DNA of 61,790 nt, the filler included, from Dugesia japonica (taxonomy: Eukaryota), in assembly GCA_001938525.1 (NCBI GenBank). It is 6 parts of 6 records of this genome, joined end to end, with 100 filler letters (N's around TTAATTAATTAA, not from the genome) between each part and the next. Parts side by side here need not be neighbours in the genome. Positions count along the whole stretch, not along the records: positions 43,685 to 52,616 come from MQRL01611800.1; positions 52,717 to 61,790 come from MQRL01643067.1; 4 more parts are not named here. One strand, given 5' to 3'. Under the pieces are notes generated by a model. That model was given only the letters and a program-made list of their open reading frames with translations. It was not told where the DNA came from and ran no database searches. Within the stretch, counting starts at the first letter, position 1; each line of letters begins with the position of its first letter. Both the position numbers and the translations under genes were made by a program. Below are positions 49,842-61,790 of the stretch, in pieces.

Positions 49842-52616
49842 TGTTAGATATAATATTTAAACAAATATGTTTAAATATTATTGATTTATTTAATTTAATA
49901 ATAATTCAAGAAATGCTGATTCCGAAGCCTACATTTTTTATGGGTCTTCAGATACTGCAGAAGACTGGATCAAAACCACTAAGGAATTTGCCATTTTTAA
50001 TCAAATGGGAATTTCTTTTGTATTTGATATGCTATTACGAGGCGATGCCAAGGAATTTTGGCAAGAAACGAACACAAACAAAGATTTCAATACAAATCAA
50101 AAGAGCGAAAGTTGGTTTCGATCAACATTGATTAATGATAAATCTCTAGTTGATAAAATTATAGATCTATCATTAATTAAACAAAGAATTGATGAAAAAT
50201 ATCGGGATTTCAAGATAAGACTAAAAAACCTTGTCCACGATATATTTGAAAGTAAAAGATCACCAGAGGACATAAGAGGAAAAAAGAGTTTTAATTCTGA
50301 ATGGATAAAGAAGTGAAAAGTTAAAAGAATCCTTTGCACTCCAACCAGAGTTAAATGACGAAAAACGTCGGGAATTGGCTGCAAACCTTGATAAATTTGT
50401 AACAAAAAGTAATGTAAATGTTGCCAAAAAAAGCTATGTAAGTGCAGTTAAGAAATCAGCTTTTGAACCAAAATATTATAAAATAGGAAATGATTACAGA
50501 AACAATATTTTCATCACAAAGAAAATGCTCCAAAATATTCTACTATTTCTAGAAAACCGACAANNNNNNNNNNNNNNNNNNNNNNNNNNNNNNNNNNNNN
50601 NNNNNNNNNNNNNNNNNNNNGAAGAGATTTTCCAAAACATTCTCTGAAATATGTAGCAACAAAAATTTATAATAGATGTCATGTTAAAGCTCCTCCAAGA
50701 GTAGAATTCCTATAGCCTGGTGCTTGTTTTTGTTGTGGAGAAACAAACCATAGAAGAATAAACTGTCCTTTAAAAATATGTGTTTAATATGCGGTAAAGA
50801 AGACCAAGCTTTCAGAAATTGTGCATTATTACAAAGAGGGCACAATAATCAAAGAATATTATGTATAGTAGAACAAGAGAGAGACGAATCTTTAAATGAA
50901 TGTGACTCCTTAATTGATTTTGAACATGATGCAATAATTACCTTAGAAAATAATCGGGAAAAAATGTCCAGTAAACCACTGTGTCCATCTCGTCAGTGAG
51001 GTTGCATTAAAGAATTTTGAAGAGAAATATAGACATACATTGATAGAAGACCTGATGTTAAACTGATGCATCAAAAACGTGATGGCAGAAATTGGAGGAG
51101 TGTAAATTGTAATGGAATAGTGTAGAGATGTTATGGGATTCAGGAGTTCTGTCTCAGTGATGAGTGAATAAATTTGGAAGAATATTGGTTCACCAAAAAT
51201 TTAATTTTCAAATATAATGCTAGCTGGAGTATTTTCTGAGAAAAGTGAAAAATGTATAGGAAAAACTAGAATTTAATTATTTGGGAATAAAAAGCATATA
51301 GCAAAAGAAATAATTATTGTTAAAGATATTTGTCCAAATTTTATTGGTGTTATCAATAGAAGTGCTTGAAATGGGAATAAAAGTGATCAATTTCATAGAT
51401 TCAAAAGATGTGATATGCAAAAATAAGAAACATAATAATAAAAAAAGGAATACACTCAAGTAGGGCCTGCAAAATTATCGAATTTCGGCTTTAACGGTAA
51501 GTATTTGAGTAAAAACCGGTTTACCGGTAAATTACCGGTAAACCTGTTTTTAAATAAATAAAATCATGTATAGCATAGTAATGATGGCGGGAGAAAAAAA
51601 CGTACGAAGAAATAACTAAGAATAATTTTATAATATTTATAGTCTAAATCATAAAGTTTTAATTCATTTATCAAGAAAACATAATTATAAATATGCAATA
51701 ATAAAACCAAAATACATTAATCTGAAAACGAAAACAAAATACATCAATTTAATAAAAGTTTTATTATTTTATTATAAAATTGCGTATTAATGTATCGGCA
51801 CCACATAAACCTTAATCTGCAAGAAGTTTTCTTAAATCATACGAGGTGCAAAATTTTTGGAACGATAAGCCATCTCTTGACACTATTCTGGAGGTTACTG
51901 CAAACATCGAATCGTCAAAATTCCTTTTAAAATAATGTACCCAGGTATTTCGAGACGAATCTGCGTTTGAAGATTTTTTTTATCTTGATGAAACACTGAT
52001 TAAAAACAACTTTCAGCTCAAAAATGGGACAATTTTGTTTCAATCGCAAGCCGTTCGGATTATGCACCGATCCTGCAAAATTTCAAGAATTAATCCATAA
52101 AATTTTCAATAAGATGTTATTTAAAAAGTGGATGTGGAGAAGTGCTTTAGAATAAGCTATTACTTCGAATTCGATTTTCAATTAAGGCAACCCAACAATA
52201 GGCAACTGGAGTATCACCGTTTGAAATAGTTTATAAAAGAAAAATTATGATTCATTGACCATTACTAAATGGCAATACAAGTAGAGGAGAAGTTATGTAA
52301 TTATTTGATAAAAATTTGAAACATGCGGCCCTGAAATTAAATGAATTTGAATCAGATAAAGAATTTATCGAAATTTTGTTGAAGGGGAAGAAGTTCTAGT
52401 GAAAGTGGAACCTCAGAATTTAAAGACAAATGGATACAGATATGAAGGTTCTTTTGAAATATTAAAATTTATAAGCCCACATCAGGTGCTTTTAAATTAT
52501 TCTGGAATTTCTAAACCACGAAGGATCGAGTGGCTAAAACAACAGATGTTCAAAAAGATTAAGAAGGATGGATGTCAGATATAATATTTAAACATATTTG
52601 TTTAAATATTATTGAT
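49842..52616 (+). mobile_element. Decayed, deleted Ty3/Gypsy element with both LTR starts
   Basis: TGT(T/C)AGATATAATATTTAAACA at 49842 and 52573, the latter preceded by a purine tract; CCHC knuckles at 50724-50822, WDSG protease, ATGVSPFEIVY integrase remnant; foreign insertion from ~51461. Confidence 0.85.
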
Positions 52617-55600
52617 NNNNNNNNNNNNNNNNNNNNNNNNNNNNNNNNNNNNNNNNNNNNTTAATTAATTAANNNNNNNNNNNNNNNNNNNNNNNNNNNN
52701 NNNNNNNNNNNNNNNNTATTTGTATATATGTATATGGTTAAAATTGGGCCAAGTTAAAGAAAAAAGTGTATTCGAATGTAAATGATACCTATGATTATAT
52801 GGAATATTATTTATCGATAGATGTTATAGTTAAAATTTCCGATAAAGAAGAAAAACGGTATTAAATCTGTCAATTCAACAATTTCCAAACATTCAAATCA
52901 ACTGTATACAGAATATGGTATGTTACTTTGCCAAACAATAGTGAAATTTTTTAAAAAAGNTACATGTACATGTCCATCATTTTTCATCATTTATACGTGT
53001 AAACTTGTTATTGGACTTTCAATTCATTTAAAATATTGTAAACCTCCAATTGAGGCTAAAAATGTTGAAAAAAGAAGGCCAACTAAGTCTAAAAAGTATA
53101 ATATAACAATATACTCTAAATATACTATAAACCAACTTCTTTATATATTTTTATAATATTTGTTTAAATTGTTAGTAAATATTTCTATTTTTTTTATTAG
53201 ACTTCAAATTAAAAACTTATCTTTTTTATAATACATGATTATTTAGATAATATTTTTGATAATTACGCAATTTACGATTCAAAAAATTAAAATAAGTGCT
53301 AAAACAAATAAATAAATGTTAAAAGAGAATCAAAATAATGTACTATTTTCTAAAATTTAATGTTCAAAATATTAAAATAAAAGCCTCGATCAAAATATTT
53401 TTATTTCGGTTTTTGATAATAATTCTATTTTTCGACTTTGTGTTCGTCAATAATTCTAAAAACTTATTGAATTATTATTAGAAACCAAAAAAAAAAACAA
53501 ATTTTGATTGATGCTTTTATTTTAATGAATTCTGAAAAATGACCAATGGTTACATCTAACAATTTTTCTCGCAATAATTGGAATTTCAAAATATTGCTCA
53601 TTTCTGATATTATAATGCTCATTAAGTATTTTTATATTGCTCAATTAATTTCTTGCCAAAATAAAATATTTCAATAAAATTTCAAATTAATTTTATTATA
53701 ACATAATATTTAAATTAAATTAATTTAAAATTTTAAAAAGAGTTATTAAATGATATTAGATTATTTTAAATTATAATAAATTATTATTTTATTATAAATT
53801 TATTTTTAATATTAATATTGAAATATTAAACAAAACGTATTTTAATATTTAAAAATTTTATAGAGATTCTAAATGTAAAATATTCGTATGTCATGATGTT
53901 TTTAAACTTAACTCTTTTCTATTATATTTTCACAATACCCATTCTAGATAGCTACTATCTCAATTTAAACTCACGGATATCAGCATTATTTAGAACATAG
54001 GTTCCCAACATTTTTCGGGTGGCGATCCCTTTTCATAAAATCTATTTCACCCGCGATCCCCCATACAATCCAAAAGCCATTTATGAATAAGGTAATTAAA
54101 AAAACAAAGAAAATAATTTTTAAGTATAATTTTAGAAGAGCATTTTAATGAAATAACATCATGAAAAATGATCGCCAACTAGAATCCTTCTTTTAACATA
54201 TAACACTGAGTTCAAAGTCATTTAAATTGAATAGCAAAAAGAAGAAAACAAAGGTTGTGATCGATAAAGCTCAACTTTACTACTGAAACATATAGAATAA
54301 TTCCATTTGGTTATCAATTTTAAAACAGGTCATTAAAATCAAGAAAGAAAAATATAACAATTCATCTTACATTGTTAAATTGTGAAAATCACGAATGTAA
54401 CTTTTTCATTGACAGCTTAAAAATGCGTTGGACAGACGTTTTTGTGAAACCTACCTCACGACTCGCTTGCCACAGAATAATTCGATCATCGATGATACAA
54501 TTCCAGTACTATGTCTATCTATTTTGGGCTTGTAAATGTCCTTGATTTTGTACATTCTGAATATTTCTATAAGCTTTAAAATTTTATTTATTTTAAATGA
54601 CGTAGAAATTCTATATAAAACTTTATCTTAAACTTTCTTTACATTTCAATAGCTTTCTAGAATAAATTACATTTGTTTAAATCTTGATCTGGATTTGATT
54701 ATTAAATCTTAAACATAAAAGTTTCAATATTTAACCTTGAAATAAATTGTAAATTGATTAATTTCAATTAAATTTTATAGAATTATAATTAAATTATTAA
54801 AATTAAATTATTAAATTAATTAAATAAAACAAATTAATAAAATCATCGAAAATGTTCAACGTAGTGGATTAATTCAGATCAAAATCTGAAACAATTTTCA
54901 AAACCAGTCATTTTCTTTTTTATTGTTGCTCATCACAATTTTGATTTATATTATACAAAAAAAGATTTATTTTGCTTTTTTTTCAAAGATATTTAAATGA
55001 AATAAAAAAATCTAAATTAATTATTAAAAAATTTGAAATTGAAAAACTGAAAACAGAAAAGACTTAAAATGCTATATTTTTATGGATTTAATTTATGTGT
55101 CAAATTGCTAATTTTAAGCACCTTCAAAGAGTTAATTATTACAGTTAATTATTCAAACAGTTAATATCCTTAGAATATATTAATTGTTAAATATCCTATT
55201 TTAATTTAGTTGAATTTTATGTTTCTCATATAAATTTTCACAACAAATTCCAACTGAACAGTGAAACATGTAAAAAATATATTTATGTGTTTTAATCTAT
55301 ACAATTTAAAATAAGTTGAAGTTACAAAATAATTTTAAATTATTTAAAACTTTCTTCGTCTCTGTACGATTGCAGAAGAAAGAAAGCTTTTGTTCTGTAT
55401 GTTCTTCCAACTTGAGTTACATTTGTTATTAATTTCAATTTAATAAGCCTACCTTTAATATATCATTTCATTGTTTATTCGCATCCATGTTTATCTTATT
55501 CAATTTTTAAAATGATGATATATAAGTAGTATATATGAAGTATATATGAAGTTTCAGTTGTTGGGTATCTTTACTGTTAATGATATAATCAGCATTCGTG

Positions 55601-56145
55601 AGTTTCTCGTAAAATATTCAACAAATTTTACTCCGTAAGCACAGCATTCTAAATATATACCGATTTAGATGTGATTTTCTACAGTCTAATCGAATTAAAC
55701 AAACCACTTCAAAGAACTCGATTTGATTCCGTGAAATCAATAAAATAAAATTCGAAAGAAAAACTGATAAAAAGTCAAAAAGTTGAAAATAAAAAAGTCT
55801 TCCAAAAATTGGTTGCAATATTGGCAAATGTGTGCTACTTTAAAAGAGATGATAAAAAATTGGATAATTTAATACATACGTTTTCTTAAAGGTCACTCTA
55901 CATTTCGAATACTGTAGTATTTAAGAACACAAATAAAATAAATCGTACACTATAAAGATTTATGAATAATTATCATTCAAAATTTTGCAAGGCAAATTAT
56001 ATATTATTATTACTCAAAGATAATACTGATATGTAGTTAGATTTGCATTGAAATCATTGGTTTAATCTTTATTTGAAATGAAAACAGCCAATCCGATATT
56101 ACAATTTAAATCAATAAAATTCTTATTAATTTTAGCCAAATATTT

Positions 56146-57099
56146 ATGTTGATTCACAAAATAGATTTCATGAAATTCATCATATATTTCGAATGTGGAG
56201 ATAATTATCTTTATTTTGCTTTAAGATGTTGCTTTATGATTTGTACTTTAATTGGTAATTTATTGTTTTTAATTGCACTTCAGAAATACAAAATCGCATC
56301 AAAAAATCCACAATTATTAATAAATTTTCAAACTGGAAATAATATCTTACTAATAATTATTTATTTTATTACACAAATTCAAGAATATGAACCATTCTCT
56401 TCAAATTACACTGGTTATGTTTACTTTTATTGTTTCTTTTGGATTTATGGATTTTTTCTTCAATTTTGTAGTGTTATCGATATGTTTCTAACGGTTTTAA
56501 TATCATTTGATCGGTTCATTTGTATTGTTTTTCCATTAGTTTATAAAAAAATAATTAAAAGATTTATTGTTATTTTAATTATTTATATTGTTATCATTTC
56601 TTTTTATTTAGAAATATTTTATTTATCTCTCAACTATAACATGTCATTTTACTATAACANNNNNNNNNNNNNNNNNNNNNNNNNNNNNNNNNNNNNNNNN
56701 NNNNNNNNNNNNNNNNNNNNNNNNNNNNNNNNNNNNNNNNNNNNNNNNNNNNNNNNNNNNNNNNNNNNNNNNNNNNNNNNNNNNNNNNNNNNNNNNNNNN
56801 NNNNNNNNNNNNNNNNNNNNNNNNNNNNNNNNNNNNNNNNNNNNNNNNNNNNNNNNNNNNNNNNNNNNNNNNNNNNNNNNNNNNNNNNNNNNTATTTGAC
56901 AATATTAATAATCGATTGTTTAATGTATTTTCTTAGTTATCCATATTGGAATATGAATAGTAAAAAATGTTTTCTCTATTTTCTCAGTTATATTTTTTCA
57001 CTTTTAATTTCATCGAGTTTTGTTATTTATTTTTTGTTGTTTAAAAAAATTGCAAAATGTATTTGTGATTGTATTTTTCGTAAATTAAAATTATTCTAA
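56146..57099 (+). CDS. Divergent intronless rhodopsin-family GPCR (middle in gap)
   Basis: GN in TM1, TM3 C...SFDRFICIVFPLVY (DRY-like), multiple hydrophobic helices, FVIY..F.K tail with Cys. Confidence 0.8.
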   Translation: MLIHKIDFMKFIIYFECGDNYLYFALRCCFMICTLIGNLLFLIALQKYKIASKNPQLLINFQTGNNILLIIIYFITQIQEYEPFSSNYTGYVYFYCFFWIYGFFLQFCSVIDMFLTVLISFDRFICIVFPLVYKKIIKRFIVILIIYIVIISFYLEIFYLSLNYNMSFYYNXXXXXXXXXXXXXXXXXXXXXXXXXXXXXXXXXXXXXXXXXXXXXXXXXXXXXXXXXXXXXXXXXXXXXXXXXXXXXXYLTILIIDCLMYFLSYPYWNMNSKKCFLYFLSYIFSLLISSSFVIYFLLFKKIAKCICDCIFRKLKLF

Positions 57100-59859
57100 T
57101 TTTCAATTAATTTTCACATGAAATAATTAATTAATTTAATTAATATAGTTTTATTTAATAAATAAAAATATATAATTGATAAATGAAAAACATGAATTTA
57201 TTTTAAAACAGTATCTGCTATATTAAAATACTCTTAGGTGTGTGCTTTGAAAGTGAGCCTTCTTTATATGGCTGCACCAATAAAATTAATTGATTTATTT
57301 GACTGAACTAACTGCTCTTACTTGTGTTGCAAAAATATTCAGTCGCGGAATACATCAGTTTCCTTAAATATGGGAGAAAATCATTAATAATGATGACTAT
57401 TACTTTTAATATTTCATCTCTTTTTAGTTCATTTTTAAATAACGACACAACATTGTAAAATCAAGACTCACTTTCAATGTGCACACGTAATAGTTATTGT
57501 GTCTACTTGAATTTGATTGATAATTAATATTTATCGAGATTCTGCTTGGATGATTTGGATGCTATAAGAATGTTATCCCTGTTTACGATTAAGTTTTCAG
57601 TTTTCACTGCTATTTTATAACGCTGTCCGCCTGGCTAAATGTTCTTATTGCTTATATTTAAGACTTGTGATTATTTTGGGTTTTGTCAGATGTGTGTATC
57701 CTACATCCCATTTATCTTCTATGAGAACTTCTTTTTTATATTTAATTATGTTACATAACCATTGATCTTCTTTAATTTTCAAAGTATTTAAGATCGTTGA
57801 CAATCGCTTTCCTTTTTTGATTTTTCATCAATTTTTCAAAGTTCATTTTCGGTTTTTTCAGCAGTTTCACATTTACAAATTTACATTCATAGTTTTTGCT
57901 TTGTGAATAACTTTTTTATGAAAGCTAGTTGTGAATTCAAATTTTCAATGAGTTCTCCAAATTCATCTAACAGCCAGCATTAGATTTTTCGTTTTGTCTT
58001 TCTTTATTTCACATGTCTACTCACTGTATAATTTTCCGATTTCTGATAATTTTGACTTATTACTCTGACGCAACTTTTAACTGCTTCAACTTGATCTCTT
58101 CTTTTATTCAATCTCTATGTAATTTATGAAACTTTATAATACCTTCTATGTAATTTTTGAAAGGTTTTCTTGACTTCTATGTGATTTATGATAACTTTTA
58201 ATTACATCGAAGTCAAGAAAAAATTTAAGTCAATAAAATTTTCAAGTCAGCATGAAAATTCTAACCAACAAATTAAATTAATAAACCATCATACTCCAAA
58301 TATAGTTCATCACATTAAATTTCTAAGTCAAGTATAAAATATAAGATTCATTATTGAAAAATAAACACTTCAACATGGAAAATAATAACTTTATCATAGA
58401 AAATAATAGTTTCATCACAAAACATACACTTCATCATAGAATATAAAGGTATCATCTTGATAAATACACGAGTCTTCATCAAAAATTAGAGACAACTACA
58501 TAGAAAGTATAGAACTCCTCATTGAAAATCATAAACCTTAAAATTCATAAGATTTTAAAAAAAGAATTTATCAGTTTAAATTTAATAAGAATTAAACTTT
58601 ACCAGTTTAAAATTCATAGGATTTGAAATTTATCATTTAAACATTGATCAATTTAGAATTACTTAACTTATTTTACATTTAATGTTAATATTGCCTAGGG
58701 AAAAATTACTGTTAATGTTAATATTGCCCGGGATTAAATTTTCTTAACAAATTATTAATTGTACTTTATTTAAACAAAAATAAATAAATTTACTTCATTT
58801 AAACACACAAGCATAAAAATCCATTTATTAAAATAAAAAATAACTATTGTGTAATCATTATGTAATCATAAAACCACCGTTATGCAATCAAAATGTTATC
58901 TATACACACAAAATGTTGGCTATTCAAATTGCAGTATTACTGTCACAATTACGAAACTACACCAAAAATTCTCGACTTATCAAATCACAGGAAACATGTG
59001 TGTGACCAATCAAATTTCTACCAAAAATGATTTTCTACCCCAAGTGGCGGTCTGTTTTAAATTTTTACATGTAATTACTTGCATTACTTCTGAAAGCGTT
59101 CGTAAGATTCAAATATTTCACTTTAAATAATTTGGACTTTGCATTTTTATGTCCAGTCTTGCTATGTGAACAATAACTCAATGTCATTCTTGACATACCA
59201 CCATCATTAAAATGACGTTTCCCTGTCATATACAAAAGTAATTTTTGATAGCTCATATATTTAAGTCTGGAACTGTGGTGTAATAAATTTCTTCAACTTC
59301 CTTATAAACTCTTAATTATTGTGATTTGTTATTGCGGTATACATTTAATCATCAAAAATATTGAATAAATTAATGGTTACATAATATCTTTGCTCATGTG
59401 CGTTTAACAACCTTGATTTATTCGTTAAAATAACTTCCAAATCTTTTGTGATGGGGTCCGTACAGCACCGATTCCAAATAACTGACCTCAGCGTGCAAAA
59501 TAAATTGACCTTCTGAGTTAATATACTCTAATAGTAAATAGTTAGAAAAGGCCTTATTGATGTTATCGAAACTTAACTCGCCTTTCTTTATCAACACTGA
59601 CTTATGTTTTGACTTTCAGTACTTATAAAGTTTTAGCAAGTTACTAAAATGTTTTTCTAAATTTTCTAACTAAAAATTTGCAATTCCAAAAGACTTATCG
59701 AATAGTTCTGTCCCTTTGTCTGATAAATTTTCAAAAAAGGAATCAAACAATTAAATGAGAAAATTGTAGTTAGAATTGAGCTAGGAGGCTACTGAATTCT
59801 TAGTTTAATTTTAGAAATTAACTTTAAGTTAACTAAACTCAGTGATATAAATAAGTTGT

Positions 59860-61110
59860 CACGAAGTAGTTATCCCTACATCCCAGCAGCTAAATATGAG
59901 AAATACTTGTGGGAACTTGTATTTGATGAAACGGGCATGCCGATGAAGTTTGCAAATATTTTTAAGTTTGAAAAGAATAATCAGGGCCTTTGAACAAATG
60001 TTTTGTCTTGGAATCCAAATTTAATAGATGATGAGTTAGAGAAAAATGTAAAGAAACATCCTAACTTAGATATTATTCATTGGAGTAAGGTTGAGTGGCT
60101 AGAAAATATACTTGTTATTGTTCGAGATTAAGAAAAAAACATTATAATGAATTTGAACACATTTATAAATATTGACGTAAAAGAAGATAGAATAAGATTT
60201 AGATCAACTTGATGTCCAAATTGCTTGAATTTATTTAGGAATAATATTGTTTACGAATAATATGGTCCTCTTTACAGTGAAATTCAAAGTGGTACTACGT
60301 TGTATACAATGCCTACAGAAAAAGACTTAATATTTAAGGATTTCATTAAAACTGTAAACCAAAATTTTTTATTTATGCAAATTTTAAATCTGTATAAGTA
60401 AAATATTCTGATTATCATTAAAAACATTTACATATTTATACTGGACTATTATTATTATTAGTTATTATTATTACTACTGAAACTAAACATCACCAATTCA
60501 TAAAGTATGGTAGTATATATGATTTTCTCTTTTGTATTTAAGAAATAGTAAAAATAAAATGAAAATATCAAAAGATGAAGAAATCTCATTTAAAGCATTG
60601 TCTATCTGCTCTTTGTGTAGTAACCTTATAATAAAATCCTTTCGAGGTCATAATCATTATACCGGTGAAGATCATAGAGTAGCATACTTAAAATATAATT
60701 GAAGTAAGAAAATTAAAATTAAGTTGTCTTTAGCCTTTCATAATTTGAGGGGATATAATCTACGTCTTATTTTAAATCATTGTCTTAATAGATTTTAAAA
60801 ATTTGAAATTTCTTGTATCCTTACAACTAGTGAAAAATATTTATGTCTCATTACACACATTTTAAAATAACAGAAAAGTTTATAGATAGTTATCAATTCA
60901 TTAATTTGTCCTTAGACTCAGCTATTAAAACAATAAAATCAACTACATTGACAATGAAATAGTGTAGTGATAGTGAAATTGTCAAATCTAAGAGTATGTT
61001 TCATTATGATTTCCAAACCACCTTAAAGGTGCTTGAAAAATCAATGTCATTCCCACCGAGATAGGATGGAGTTACCAAAGAATTGTTTGTGAAAGCAGTT
61101 GAGATGTAGG
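59860..61110 (+). pseudogene. Second decayed Polinton pPolB (N-terminal/exonuclease part)
   Basis: MPMK...KFEKNN..NVLSWN..HPNLDIIH, CPNCLN, GTTLYTMPT, HNHYTG, FHNLRGY, FIDSYQF; collinear with 42700-43524. Confidence 0.85.
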
Positions 61111-61790
61111 AACTTAGATGATGTTACTTCAAAATATAATAATTCATTTATTAACGACTTCTCGTCAGTGTCCTCGTTTTTACATAATTTTTAGCTAATT
61201 GTCACACAACATAAGCATTCAAATCGGTTTTCAAAGGAAAAGCCTTTGTTAATTCTTGTGATTTTACTCTTTTTCAAATAACTTTCTTTACAGTTTGTTC
61301 CACTGATTATGCGGATCCGATTATTTCGTTCAAAGCGTTTGAAACTCGTAATTTCAAACTTTCAAAGTTTTCACCAGTCTTTTCACTGATTATATTAAAA
61401 TCTANNNNNNNNNNNNNNNNNNNNNNNNCCTTTACAAACTCTAACTTAAACCAATCTTTTCTTGATTTTTCGTCTATATTGGCTAGTGATTTACAAATTA
61501 ACCATCTTAGCATTGTCATCCGACAAAATATAAAAAGTTAAGATAAAGCTACAATTATTAGTAGCTAAAAACGTTTCAATTTCTCTCAAATAAGCTATTG
61601 GATCTACGTCATGATTTTCGGCGAAATAACAGTTCTCTTTATTCTTTTTTAAGGCTTCAAAAATTCAATTTACTGCTTAGTTCTTAGTAATTGAATTTAC
61701 GTTGCCATGGTTGGAAGTTAATAACAAAAATCAAATAATTCAAAAGATATATTATTATTTACACTTTTAATATTAAAACAAATATTCAAA

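Noticed and set aside
10895-52716. Recurrent TTAATTAATTAA inside N runs as a biological repeat
   Set aside because: Identical 44N-12-44N layout five times: an assembly concatenation linker

Overview
AT-rich, repeat-dense eukaryotic DNA. It looks invertebrate and possibly planarian-like, which is an inference from composition, TE content and a divergent intronless GPCR. The window is a concatenation of six scaffolds joined by artificial 100-nt spacers (44N-TTAATTAATTAA-44N at 10895-10994, 21048-21147, 33755-33854, 43585-43684, 52617-52716), so adjacency across spacers is not biological. The main content is scaffold 3 (21148-33754), a nearly intact endogenous Polinton/Maverick-class (adintovirus-like) dsDNA virus in two convergent gene blocks. 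Plus strand: putative terminal hairpin/G-quadruplex plus iterons, three small ORFs, major capsid protein, a Zn-finger/parvovirus-type phospholipase A2/retroviral-type integrase fusion, and an A32/FtsK-like packaging ATPase. Minus strand: a conserved Polinton protein, minor capsid, adenain-like protease, a fibre-like protein with a triplicated domain, and a gasderminX-like membrane protein. A polar 10-mer (CCAYAARGGC) is scattered through this virus in genes and intergenic DNA, always on the sense strand, flipping at the convergence point. No pPolB is present in that scaffold; decayed pPolB genes occur on two other scaffolds. The rest is decayed TEs (Tigger, hAT, Ty3/Gypsy, Helitron, MULE, mariner, piggyBac, non-LTR RT), minimal hammerhead-ribozyme motifs in a palindromic repeat family, one rhodopsin-like GPCR and one orphan ORF.
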